Assembly (NCBI GenBank): GCA_965248435.1
Contig: OZ252100.1
Location: 2,944,001 to 3,008,000 of the forward strand
Direction of reading: 5' to 3'
DNA length: 64,000 nt
DNA from: Candidatus Latescibacterota bacterium
GTDB taxonomy: Bacteria; Latescibacterota; UBA2968; GCA-2709665
Each line of letters opens with the position of its first letter. Position 1 is the first letter of the stretch. Shown piece after piece: positions 29,033-38,953 of the stretch. The translations under genes were made by a program, and so were the position numbers. The notes under the pieces were generated by a model. The model was given only the letters and a program-made list of their open reading frames with translations. It did no database searches and was not told the origin of the DNA.

Positions 29033-29286
29033 CCAGGCTCTTTCTCATCCATTTTGAAAGCGGATACGACCTCGTCCGGCAGTTCGATCTGCGCCCCTCG
29101 ATGCTGCACCACAGCTGCTCCCGCCGCGCACGCGACCTCCACGATCCGATCGGGGCCGGTCCCGACTATTACGCCTGCCGCGAGCGCGGCACTGAACGCA
29201 TCACCCGCGCCGATGCAGGTCTGGTCATCGAAACAGTCGAACAGGACTTCGCCAAACGAAACGGCCAGAGGTTCGGACTTATTCAT
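29029..29286 (-). pseudogene. PfkB-family sugar kinase with a large internal in-frame deletion
   Basis: N-terminal motif FGEVLFD directly joined to C-terminal motif IGAGDAFSAAL...AAVVQHRGA. Only 85 aa. Confidence 0.8.
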
Positions 29287-30326
29287 CAGAGCGCTTCATC
29301 GGTTTTCAACACGACTTTGCCTATGGACTTACGCTCCTCGATCAGTCGATGTGCCGCCGAGGCCTCCTCCAGCAGAAAGACGTGACGCACAACAGGTCGA
29401 AGCTTGCCAGCCTCAACGAGGCCGATCAGCGCCTCCATGATCTCCGGGGCGTGCGCCTGGGTGTTGCTCACTCCTCCCCAGCCGATCAGCTTGAGGTTCT
29501 TCACCCAAAACGGCTTGAAATCGACCTCCCCCGAGCCCGTGAAGGAATTCGACCCAAAGCTGACCATTCGCCCGCCCTCGGCCAAACAGTCCAGACTTCG
29601 CGTGAAGACTTCAGCACCCACGGACTCCCAGACGACGTCAACGCCTCGCCCTTCCGTGGACTCCAGAACCCTGTCCACAAAATTTTCAGTCACGTAATTA
29701 ATCGCGACGTCCGCCCCCAGCTCACGGGCCAGCTCGAGCTTCTCTTCGCTGCCCGCGGTCGCGAGAACCCGCGCCCCGAACCGTTTGGCAAGCTGAACCG
29801 CCAGGACTCCCGTCCCTCCCGCAGCGGCGTGAATAAGGACGGTCTCTCCTTCCTTTAGGCCCGCGGAGATCTTAAGCGTGTGGTAGGCCACAGGAGCGTA
29901 ATCGAATCCGGCCGCCTGCTCGGATGTAAACGAAGGCGGAAAGGCGGTCGGACCAGGCCTCCCGTCGATACGTGACCTCAGTCCCGTCGCGGCCGCGACG
30001 CCATACTCGACGCAAGCACCCGGCTTCAGTCCCCCGACCAGATGCCGGCTTCCCACCTCTACATCGCTGACTTCTGCTCCTAGTGACACGACTTCGACAC
30101 ACGCCGTTCCGCCGGGAAAGTAGGGAGGCCCATCGATCCCGTAGCTCCATTCCGTCGGAGATCCGATTCGGCCGCTCCCCCCTCGCCGAATGTGGAGCTG
30201 AATGTAATCGACGGCAACGGCGAGCACCCTCACGAGCACTTCCCCAGGACCCGGCTCCGGAGACGGAACTTCCTCACATCTCAGAACGTCCGGGCCACCG
30301 AACTCGTAGTGCACAACGGCTCTCAA
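29286..30326 (-). CDS. NADPH:quinone oxidoreductase / MDR family
   Basis: FGGPDVL, GETVLIHAAAGGTG, GVDVVWESVG, IGKVVL. Confidence 0.88.
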   Translation of the reverse strand: MRAVVHYEFGGPDVLRCEEVPSPEPGPGEVLVRVLAVAVDYIQLHIRRGGSGRIGSPTEWSYGIDGPPYFPGGTACVEVVSLGAEVSDVEVGSRHLVGGLKPGACVEYGVAAATGLRSRIDGRPGPTAFPPSFTSEQAAGFDYAPVAYHTLKISAGLKEGETVLIHAAAGGTGVLAVQLAKRFGARVLATAGSEEKLELARELGADVAINYVTENFVDRVLESTEGRGVDVVWESVGAEVFTRSLDCLAEGGRMVSFGSNSFTGSGEVDFKPFWVKNLKLIGWGGVSNTQAHAPEIMEALIGLVEAGKLRPVVRHVFLLEEASAAHRLIEERKSIGKVVLKTDEAL

Positions 30327-30357
30327 ACTCCCCCCAAAAAATCAAATCTCCTCGCCG

Positions 30358-31216
30358 TCAGACAGAATGGATGGGTGTGACCCCTTCGGTGCTCGCAAGC
30401 AGATCTTCGCGTTCTCCTTCAGTCATCGGCTCTAGGTCGTGCGCCATTTCCAGCACAATTCGATAAAGCTCATCGTCCCCTGGAGGAATCGCAACAGTGA
30501 TGTCCTCGGACAGTGTGAACCTGAGGGCGAGACGGATCCGTTCCCGATCGGTCAGCGGCTGGTACCAGCATTTCTGGCGGATCTTCTCTTCCCCTTCATC
30601 CCGCTTCCTGTAAGCCAGAGCTTTGAGCGCAAGTCGGGCGACGCCCTTCTCCTTCGCCCGCTCAACCAGGAGAGGGCCGAAGTGGCCCTGTGCGTAGTTC
30701 ACGTAGTTGATCGGATACAGAACGGAGTCGAATTCGAACTGATCCAGGAGCGCCAGCGCCGCTTCTTCGCTATGTGCCGAAAACCCGATGTAGCGGACCT
30801 TCCCCTGTTCTCTCGCCTCGCACGAAGGTCTCCAGCGCGCCACCTGGGGCCAGGATCTGTTCCACATCCTCCATCTTGCTGACACCGTGGAACTGGTAGA
30901 GATCAAACCTGTCCGTGTGAAGCTCCTTCAGAGATTGTTCCAGCTGCTCCTTCGCGCCCGCCGCGTCACGCTTGCCGGTTTTGCAGGCCAGAAAGCTGCT
31001 GTTCCGATAAGGCCTCAACGCGGGACCCATCATTCTCTGAGCTTCGCCCCTTCCATAGCTTGGCGCGACATCGAAATAGTTGACACCACGCTCGACCGAC
31101 TCGGCCACGGTACGGTCCGCCTCCCCCTGTTCCATCCCTATGACCACAATCGCGCCCATTCCAATGATGGACAGTTCCACCTCATCGCGATACAAACGCT
31201 TGGGAATCGTGTTCAT
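30358..31216 (-). CDS. Aldo/keto reductase, frameshifted near 30821
   Basis: N-half ...GVNYFDVAPSYG...GGALETFV. C-half EAREQGKVRYIGFSAH... One extra base at the junction. Confidence 0.8.
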
Positions 31217-31283
31217 CGATGCACCTCCTCGTATGATGAGGTAAGAGATACCTGGTCAAAATTAGACGCCAAAAGTTGCGATC

Positions 31284-32222
31284 CTACGACACACCCAGTT
31301 CTTCCACGGCCTGGTGCAAATCCGGAGGAAGGGGACCCGCCTCGGCAGCCGCAACGTTCTCTTCGATCTCGGCAGGCGTAGTGGCACCGACCAGGAGCGT
31401 CGCAACGTCAGGGTCGGCGATAATGAACCGTATGGCCATTGCCACGAGCGACAATCCACTTTCCTTCTGCAGGGCAACGAGGGGTTCAATTCGCTCCCGA
31501 ACTTCAGGCGAAAGATTCGAAGCGGCCCAATCCGGACGAGACAGAGCCCGCTGCTCATACGAACATGACCCACCCAGAACCAGGGCGACCTGGTTCCGGC
31601 TTGCGACCGGCATCAGCTTCTTTCGAGTCCCTCTCCTCGTAAGACTGTAGTGGAACGCGCTCAGGCACGTGTCAACATCCACGTTTGGCAGGGCGTGAGC
31701 CAGGTGATCCGGGTTATTCCCCGTGATCCCGATGAACCGACACAGATCCTGGGCCCTCGCCTCCCTGAGGAATTGCATCGCCGGCGCGTCCGCAAAGTCG
31801 TAGGTGGTCTCCGGATCCAGAAGCGACTGCCCAGCCCCTGCATCGGACCACCACCGCTGCCAGTCGGCCTCGTGCAGTTGCAAAACGTCCACACTTTGGC
31901 GTCGCAGGAGTCTGAGCCCCTCCTCGAACTGAGCAAACAGCGCCTCTTTCGATCTGAGGCGTTCCGGTCTGGCGAGCCAACCCACCTTCGTCGCCATAAG
32001 GTACGGTTCGGTTCGTCCTTCCAGTGCCTCGCCTAAAACCGCCTGAGACATGCCGTTGCAATAGAAGGGTGAGGTATCGAAGTAGGTCACCCCGAGGTCG
32101 AGAGCGCGACGCACGGTGGCTACGCCATCCTCGAAAGAATGCTTGGTAAGGAACCCGCCGCCCAGTCCCAGAACCGTTGCGCGCTCACCTGTCTTTCCGA
32201 GTTGGCGGCTTTCAAGTGCCAT
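31284..32222 (-). CDS. Aldo/keto reductase (tandem paralog 3)
   Basis: GVTYFDTSPFY, ATKVG, VDVLQLHEADW. Confidence 0.9.
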   Translation of the reverse strand: MALESRQLGKTGERATVLGLGGGFLTKHSFEDGVATVRRALDLGVTYFDTSPFYCNGMSQAVLGEALEGRTEPYLMATKVGWLARPERLRSKEALFAQFEEGLRLLRRQSVDVLQLHEADWQRWWSDAGAGQSLLDPETTYDFADAPAMQFLREARAQDLCRFIGITGNNPDHLAHALPNVDVDTCLSAFHYSLTRRGTRKKLMPVASRNQVALVLGGSCSYEQRALSRPDWAASNLSPEVRERIEPLVALQKESGLSLVAMAIRFIIADPDVATLLVGATTPAEIEENVAAAEAGPLPPDLHQAVEELGVS

Positions 32223-32233
32223 TTCTGTATCCT

Positions 32234-33187
32234 CTAATCGGCTTCGTGCCAGGGTAATCCCAACGCTTCGACAGCCTGGTGGAGATCCTGAGGCAGGGGA
32301 CCTGCCTCTGCGGCGGCAACGTTCTCTTCGATTTCGGCCGGAGTTGTCGCCCCGATCAAGAGGGTCGTAACGTCAGGATCGGCGATGAGGAACCGTATGG
32401 CCATGGCCACGAGCGAAAGCCCGCTCTCCTTCTGCAGGTCTAGAAGAGGTCCAACCCGCTCCAGCATTTCGGGGGGAAGCCTCGAGGCGGCCCAATCCGG
32501 CCGAACCTGCGCCCGGTGCTCGTAGACGAACGCCCCGCCCAGAATCAGTGCGACCCCGCGGCGGCTTGCTGAGGGCATTAATTTCCTGCGGACCCCCCTG
32601 TTGACCAAACTGTAATTGAAGGCACTCAGGCAGGTATCCACCTCAACGTGCGGCAGGACGCGGGCCAGATGGTCCGGATTGTTGCCCGTGATCCCGATAT
32701 ACCGACACAGTCTCTGTTCCCTCGCCGCCCTCAGGAACTGCATCGCCGGCGCATCGGCAAAATCGTAGTCGGCTTCCATATCCAAGAAAGTGTCTTCAAC
32801 CTCCACATCGGACCAATATCGATGCCAGTCCGCCTCGTGCAGTTGCAGAACGTCGACGCTAGAGCGCCGCAGAAGGCGAAGCCCTTCCTCGAACTGGGCG
32901 AACAGCGCGTCTTGCGATCTGAGTCGTTCCGGCCTGGCGGGGCGGCCCACTTTTGTCGCCAGAACGTACTCCTCGGATCGTCCCTCCAGCGCCTCACCAA
33001 GGACAGCCTGAGACATGCCTTTGCCGTAGAAGGGCGAGGTGTCGAAGTAGGTCACGCCAAGCTCGAGGGCGCGGCGCACAGTCGCTACACCCTCAGCGAA
33101 AGAATGTTCAGAAATCATGCCACAGCCCAGTCCCAGAACAGTGACGTGCTCACTTGTCCGCCCCAGTTTACGCTTCTCTAAAGCCAC
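32234..33187 (-). CDS. Aldo/keto reductase (tandem paralog 2)
   Basis: Same motifs as its neighbours. Confidence 0.9.
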   Translation of the reverse strand: MALEKRKLGRTSEHVTVLGLGCGMISEHSFAEGVATVRRALELGVTYFDTSPFYGKGMSQAVLGEALEGRSEEYVLATKVGRPARPERLRSQDALFAQFEEGLRLLRRSSVDVLQLHEADWHRYWSDVEVEDTFLDMEADYDFADAPAMQFLRAAREQRLCRYIGITGNNPDHLARVLPHVEVDTCLSAFNYSLVNRGVRRKLMPSASRRGVALILGGAFVYEHRAQVRPDWAASRLPPEMLERVGPLLDLQKESGLSLVAMAIRFLIADPDVTTLLIGATTPAEIEENVAAAEAGPLPQDLHQAVEALGLPWHEAD

Positions 33188-33205
33188 TTTCGGTTCTCCA
33201 TCGTC

Positions 33206-34141
33206 CTAAAGCCATCCCAACGCCTCGACCGCCCGGTACAGGTCCTGGGGCAAAGGCCCAGCTTCCGCGGCGGCAACATCCTCTTCGATCTCAGCGGGCG
33301 TCGACGCCCCGACCAGAATCGTCGTCACGACAGAATCGGCCAGGAGAAATCTCACGGCCAGGGTCACGAGTGAAAGTCCGCACTCCGCCTGAAGTTCGTA
33401 AAGCTGCTCAATACGTGCTTTTCTCTCGGGGCTCATTTTCGAAGAGGCTACCCAGTCCGGACGAACCTCCGCCAGCTTCCCGTTGACAAACACCTGTCCA
33501 AGCATCAAAGCCAGCCCGCGTTCTCTGACTATCGGTATCACCTGGCTCCGGGCCTCGCGTCCGATCACATCATAGTGACACGCGCTCAGGCAGGTGTCCA
33601 CCTCTACGTTATCCAGGACGCGCGCGAGCTGATCCGCACTGTTGCCCGAGATCCCGACGAAGCGACACAACCCTTCAGCCTTCGCCTCTCTCAGCACCTG
33701 TATGATCGGCGCTTCCGCGAAATCGTAATCGGTCTCCAGGTCCAGGACGCGCCCTTCCGACGCGTCGTCCGACCACCAACAGTGCCAGTCCGATTCGTGC
33801 ACCTGCAGGACGTCCACGCTCTTCCGGCGTAACAGCTGGAGACTGTCCTCGAACTGTGTGCGCAGCGCATCACGCGACCGGAAACGGCTCGGAACGGCCA
33901 GGTGACCGATCTTGGTCGCAAGCATATACGAGTCGGATCGCCCCGAGAGTGCATCGCCCAGGATCGCCTGGGACATACCCTCACAATAGAAAGGTGACGT
34001 GTCGAAATAGGTCACCCCGAGCTCGAGGGCTCGACGGACCGTGGCCACCCCGTCGGCGAAAGAATGTTTGTAAAGGCAGGCCCCACCCAACCCGATCACG
34101 GTCGCCAACTCACCCGTCTTCCCGAAGGGCCGGCTTTCCAA
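33206..34141 (-). CDS. Aldo/keto reductase (tandem paralog 1)
   Basis: GVTYFDTSPFY, LATKIG, VDVLQVHESDW. Confidence 0.9.
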   Translation of the reverse strand: MESRPFGKTGELATVIGLGGACLYKHSFADGVATVRRALELGVTYFDTSPFYCEGMSQAILGDALSGRSDSYMLATKIGHLAVPSRFRSRDALRTQFEDSLQLLRRKSVDVLQVHESDWHCWWSDDASEGRVLDLETDYDFAEAPIIQVLREAKAEGLCRFVGISGNSADQLARVLDNVEVDTCLSACHYDVIGREARSQVIPIVRERGLALMLGQVFVNGKLAEVRPDWVASSKMSPERKARIEQLYELQAECGLSLVTLAVRFLLADSVVTTILVGASTPAEIEEDVAAAEAGPLPQDLYRAVEALGWL

Positions 34142-34206
34142 ACATTCCTCCTCCTGATGTTTCGTCTAAAGGGATTCAAGCGAGAATGCAACCGAAAGGT
34201 CCCGGA

Positions 34207-35892
34207 TCACACATAACGTTGGAGGAACCGATCCTCGGCCTCCACATCCCCAATCAGGATCATCTCTCCACCGGCCGGCAGAGGAAGTTCCGGGTTCGGG
34301 TTGATTTCAGTCCTGTCGTCGGTCGTGATGGCCACGATACTGCATCCCGTGCTCTGGGGGATGTCGGCTCCCTCAATCGGTTTGCCGGCGAGCGAGGAGG
34401 GGACCGCGACCTTGAATACATCAAGCCCTTCCGCTACCATCAAAATGTCGCTTCGCTTCAGCAGGTTGAAGATCGCGTTTGCTCCCATCGATGCATAGGA
34501 CATCACGAAGTCCGCCCCGGCCCGATGCAGCGTGGATATGTTTCTCTCCAGCGTGGCCCGGCTGATGATCTGAATATCGGAACGAAGCCGTCGGCAGTAG
34601 AGCGTGAGATAGGTATTGTTGTCATCGTTGTGGGTCGTGATAATGACAGCCGGCGCATCCATGATTCCGGCCTTCTTCAAGACCTCGAATTCCGCCGCGT
34701 TGCCCAGGACGTACTTCTTGGCATCGCGGACGCGGTCCGGCAGGCTCTCCACGATGCGATAATCGATTTTCCGGACCGAGAGCGCCCGCCCTGTGGCGCG
34801 CCCGACTCTCCCTCCACCTATAATGACCACGGGGGCCTCGCTCACGGTGTAATGGCGGAACGCCTCGTCGTATTTCTTCAGCTGCGCTTCGGAGCCGGCC
34901 AGCACCAGCACCGTACTCTGACTGATGCGCGTCCCCGGTCCAGTGGTAGTGAACTGTCCCCGCTCCCAGGCGCCCACGACCCTGATGTTGAAGCTTTCGC
35001 GCAGTCCTGCCTCTCTGAGCGTCTTTCCAACCATCGGCGTTCCCGCCGCGCTCGCTTCGGCGATCAGCAGCTGATCGAACTGGCCGATCACGTGTGCGGC
35101 GGCATCTCCGCAGTTCGTCCGGCGTGCGAGGGACTGCCCCAGCATCTCGCCCAGGTGGATCACGTTCGAACATCCCGCGAGCTCCAGGATGTCTACCGAA
35201 GCCGGATCGTTCGCCGTGGCGATAATGGGCACCTTGTTGGACAACCCCTGCACCGTAAAGGCCACGTGGGTGTTCACCATATCGTCAGAGGTGGTTGCCA
35301 CGAGCGCGGCCCGCTCTACCCTTATCTTGTGGTAGGTATCCGGGTGGTCCAGTCCGCCCACGACCACCCTCAGACCGAGATCGTAGAGGCGAAGCGCCTC
35401 CTGCAGATCCGGAACCAGCAGCACGTAAGGATAGTGGTACTGGACCAGTTTGTGGATCAGGGCGGAGGTGACCTCGTCGTAGTGGGTCAAAACGACGTGG
35501 CCGCTCGTTGCCGGAGGCAACTCGCGAGGGGCACGCGACGCAGATTGGGCCTCCATCCAGGGTTCATAGAAAAACTCGATGAAGGTGAACGGAAGCAGGA
35601 CGAGCAGGAACACCATCCCGGACAGGAGCACAAACATCGAAAAGATCCTGCCCAGATCCGTCGAGAACGTGATATCCCCCAACCCGAGGGTGGACATAAC
35701 GGTCAGTGCCCAGTAGAATCCAGTAACCCACGTGTATTCTTTGCCTTCCCGCGCCATCAAGTAGTGAAAGATCACGCTGTAGGTCGTAACCATCATCGCC
35801 AGGACCAGGAAGAACTTCAAGAGCAGCACGACATTTCTCCGGCTTGCGCGGTTCCGAACCAGGTAGATGACCTGTGAAACGAAAAATCTCAT
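34207..35892 (-). CDS. Potassium channel family protein with two TrkA-N/TrkA-C (RCK) modules
   Basis: FYWALTVMSTLGLGDI pore, VIIGGGRVG, IISRA..LHRAGAD. Confidence 0.88.
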   Translation of the reverse strand: MRFFVSQVIYLVRNRASRRNVVLLLKFFLVLAMMVTTYSVIFHYLMAREGKEYTWVTGFYWALTVMSTLGLGDITFSTDLGRIFSMFVLLSGMVFLLVLLPFTFIEFFYEPWMEAQSASRAPRELPPATSGHVVLTHYDEVTSALIHKLVQYHYPYVLLVPDLQEALRLYDLGLRVVVGGLDHPDTYHKIRVERAALVATTSDDMVNTHVAFTVQGLSNKVPIIATANDPASVDILELAGCSNVIHLGEMLGQSLARRTNCGDAAAHVIGQFDQLLIAEASAAGTPMVGKTLREAGLRESFNIRVVGAWERGQFTTTGPGTRISQSTVLVLAGSEAQLKKYDEAFRHYTVSEAPVVIIGGGRVGRATGRALSVRKIDYRIVESLPDRVRDAKKYVLGNAAEFEVLKKAGIMDAPAVIITTHNDDNNTYLTLYCRRLRSDIQIISRATLERNISTLHRAGADFVMSYASMGANAIFNLLKRSDILMVAEGLDVFKVAVPSSLAGKPIEGADIPQSTGCSIVAITTDDRTEINPNPELPLPAGGEMILIGDVEAEDRFLQRYV

Positions 35893-36049
35893 ACGATCCT
35901 CCACTAACCTGTCGCGTCACTCCGAATCGACGAAGAATGTGGTCCTTCTCTGCGCCTCTCGACCTGGAGACCGGAGCCCCTCTCTTCGCCCCGAAAAGAT
36001 GGTGTGTTCTCCAATCCTCAATCCGAAGTTCCAGCTCCCTCTCCGCTCC

Positions 36050-36131
36050 CAGGCATCCCTCTCACTCCCAACGGCGGTAGGAGTGGTTACACCCCACTCG
36101 TATCTTTCCGTGTCCTTACGGGTTCTGCCTC
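36050..36131 (-). promoter_or_regulatory. Partial ydaO/yuaA (c-di-AMP) riboswitch-like sequence
   Basis: Minus strand GCAGAACCCGTAAGG.CACGG...TGGGGTGTAAC resembles the 5' half of ydaO. The conserved 3' half is not seen. Confidence 0.3.
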
Positions 36132-36141
36132 GCTTCCGCGA

Positions 36142-38375
36142 CTAACCCTGCTGGCTGATCATGACGACCGCGCAGTCCGTGTTGCGCGCGACATCGACAG
36201 ACACTTCACCAAAGCCTTTGTTTCGACGGCCGAACCGTTGAAGCCCAAGAATGATCAGATCACTCTTCGCCGCACGAAGCGAAAGCTCGTTCGCGATCTC
36301 ATTGCTTAAAATCACCTCGACCTGGGAATGACCCGATACCTTGTCCCGAGCGAGCCGATCCAGTTCCCGCTTCGCCCTGTTTCTTTCTTTCTGGGTTACA
36401 CGTTCAGGTAAGACGCGCAAGAAGGAGACATCGCGCCCACCCGTTCGACATAGGCTTCCGAGGAAACGGGCACGCAGCTGGTCATGGGTGCCGTGGCCTC
36501 CGATCGGAACAAGGACCCTCCGAACCTGCGAGAGGTCCCAGCCCGGTCGGGCCCGCAAGATAGAAACATCACAATCGACCGAACTGATCAGTTCTTCGAG
36601 GTGAGTGCCCATGAACTCCTCAGCGAGATCGCTGAACCCGAGCAAAAGGCTCTCGCATCGGTGGACCCGGGAGACCCTGCCGATCTCGGACCAGGGGAGT
36701 GGAGCAACCGTAATCAGAGCCTCCGGAGACAGACCCGCGGAAAAGGAAGCAATCAGACTCTCGCGCAGTACAGCTTCGGCATCCAGCAGCTGAGGCGGAC
36801 TCTCCCCGGCGCGCCAGGACTCCGGAGTCGCGACGACCGAAAGCAGAAGGACCCGTCCCACGCCCGGAGGCGTGAGGGCATTTGCCACGCCCACCATCGC
36901 CGCCGCATTCGCAGGGTTGGCGATGGGCACCAGAACAAGCGGGCTGCGGCCGCGCAGTCGTACCAGCTGCGGATCGGTCGCTTCGGCTGCCGCATCGACC
37001 ACTCGGGCGCGATCCCCGAAAAGGAAAAGGAAAAGAATGCCACCTAGGGTCAGCCACACGCTTGTGATCAGCCCTGCGACAGGTACTGTGAACCCTGAAA
37101 AATTGCGAGCGATGTGCATGACACGACCCCGGTCACAGGAAGGAGCGGAAACCACGGTCCCCGAAAAGCCGTTTGTTGAGAACTGCCCCGTTGTCGCAGG
37201 CGTGTCAGGATGCACGTCCAATGCGCCAGCGCGAAGGAGATCAGGAAGATGAGACTCGCCGCAGCCCCCGCGGCGGCGATGTCGGGTATCACGATCAGGA
37301 TGATTGCGACAAAACCAGCGCTTATCGAGATAGCTGCAGTCGGCGTGCCGCGATGTTGACCGATTTGCCCAAAAAACGGAGGAAGGGTGCGGTCGCGAGC
37401 CATGGCGAGTGCCACCCGCAAAGCAGCCAGAAGGTTCGCGTAAAGGGCGGAAAGCATGGAAAGGACCGCCGCGACCATCACAAGCCAGAAACCGAGTGGA
37501 CCGAGGAAATTTTCTGCCGCCACGGCGATGAGGGTCTCTGGATGCTCGGCGCTCATCTCCACGATGGATTGTCCGGGCTGCACGCCAACCGCAGGGATGA
37601 AGAATAGGAGCGGAAGGTAGATGGCTAATGCGATACCCAGCGACCCAAACATCGCCCGTGGAAGTACGCGCCCGGGATCCCGGACCTCTCCGGCGACAGC
37701 GGCAATGAGATCGTAGCCCTGCAGCGCGATAAACGTGAACCCCATGGCCTGAATCACCCCCACCGCACCACCGGGGAAGAATGGGCTCAGGTTCGTACTC
37801 ACCGTGGTGAGGGAACGCGTGCTGAGTGCCCACACGCCCCCACAGATAAGCACGACAAACACGATGACCTTGCCAGCGGTCGCCCACTGTCCGCCGCCCG
37901 TGCTCTTTCGAAACAAGCTGAACGTGTAGAAGGCGGTTGCTCCGAGGGCCAGGAGGATCACTGTCGGGCGCGATGTGAGCCAAGGCGGCGATTCGCCGAG
38001 AACGACTCGCCAGAGCTCCTCGACCACGACAACGCCATAGGCAGCAAAACCCAAGGCGTAAAGTACAGCGGCTACAATGGAGGCAAACCAGACCACCCAA
38101 CCCACCGCGAAGGCAGCTTGTATGGTCAATACCCTTCTCGCGAAAACGTAAGACCCCCCCGATTCGGGAAACGCGGTCGACACCTCCGCGAAGCTGAATA
38201 CAGTCAGGAGCGCGATGAGTCCATTCAACGCAAACGCGACCACAGCGCCAGGTCCCGTGGTCGCGTAAGCCACGCCCGCAAGCGCGAGAATGCCGCCTCC
38301 AACAATCGCGCCGACCCCGACGCCCGTTGCTCCGAGTAGGCCGAGCGAACGTCCGACTTGCGAATCCGTGCTCAT
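36142..38375 (-). CDS. APC-family amino acid permease fused to USP-like domains, frameshifted near 37090
   Basis: N-part GAIVGGGIL, PESGGSY, LQGYDLIAAVAGEV, MARDRTLP. C-part in another frame LVLVPIANP, RRVLVPIGG, SDLIILG. Confidence 0.8.
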
Positions 38376-38423
38376 TCAAGCCTCTGATGCTGTTTCTCTC
38401 TCGTGGCGATAATGATGCCCGCC

Positions 38424-38456
38424 GACGAACAACGATCCACGAACGACGATTCACGG
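38424..38456. repeat. Intergenic short-unit repeat (ACGAAC/ACGATCC type); other copies at about 42652-42682 and 52501-52525
   Basis: acgatccacgaacgacgat is shared with 52501. aacgacgatcaacgatccacg at 42652. Confidence 0.6.
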
Positions 38457-38555
38457 CTATCGCCACTCGTCAATCAGCGCACTCCCGGCATAATCGCTGC
38501 CCATGATTCGCCAGTAGCCATTCGTCTCTCCCCCCACGATCACCACGTGGATTTT
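38457..38555 (-). repeat. 99-bp orphan duplicate of the 3' end of the UGSC-like gene (40974..41072)
   Basis: KIHVVIVGGETNGYWRIMGSDYAGSALIDEWR*. 6 differences in 99 nt by eye, only one amino-acid change. Confidence 0.92.
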
Positions 38556-38585
38556 GAGAAAAATTTAGAGAATTCCGCGCAAGGG

Positions 38586-38601
38586 TGGCATTCCAATTGC
38601 A
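38586..38601 (+). promoter_or_regulatory. sigma54 promoter upstream of the ankyrin gene
   Basis: TGGCATTCCAATTGCA (GG-N10-GC). Confidence 0.6.
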
Positions 38602-38626
38602 CGTTTAAGGTCGAGGAGCCAGAGAC

Positions 38627-38944
38627 ATGCTAAGGCGTCTATTGAATTACGATGGAAATCTGCAGATAGTCTTCAACCTGTTTGAGGCAGCCTACGGTGG
38701 CTTGGCCATCGTGGTCAATACGCTCGTTGACAGGGATGCTGACGTCAACGAACAAGACGCCTACGGATGGACTCCCCTCATGTATGCAGCATACGCCGGA
38801 CACACCGAGGTGGTCAAAGTTTTGCTCGAGGCGGGTGCCGAAACGAACCTAAGGAGCAAATTTGGAAAAACGGCCTATGACTGGGCGCTTCAGGCTGAAC
38901 ACTTTGAAATCGCCACATTGCTCAGGCCATCTAACGTTAAGTAA
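38627..38944 (+). CDS. Small ankyrin-repeat protein
   Basis: ADVNEQDAYGWTPLMYAAYAGHTEVVKVLLEAGA, GKTAYDWA. GAGGAG SD. Confidence 0.85.
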   Translation: MLRRLLNYDGNLQIVFNLFEAAYGGLAIVVNTLVDRDADVNEQDAYGWTPLMYAAYAGHTEVVKVLLEAGAETNLRSKFGKTAYDWALQAEHFEIATLLRPSNVK

Positions 38945-38953
38945 GAATTCCCG

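Noticed and set aside
33856-35877. 673-aa plus-strand ORF
   Set aside because: Antisense shadow of the K+ channel and AKR genes in high-GC DNA. The same applies to 62693..63775 (-), 41454..42452 (+) and most short overlapping ORFs.
36142-38466. 774-aa ORF as one real protein
   Set aside because: Only the portion below about 37090 is protein-like. The upstream part is an alternative frame of the permease.
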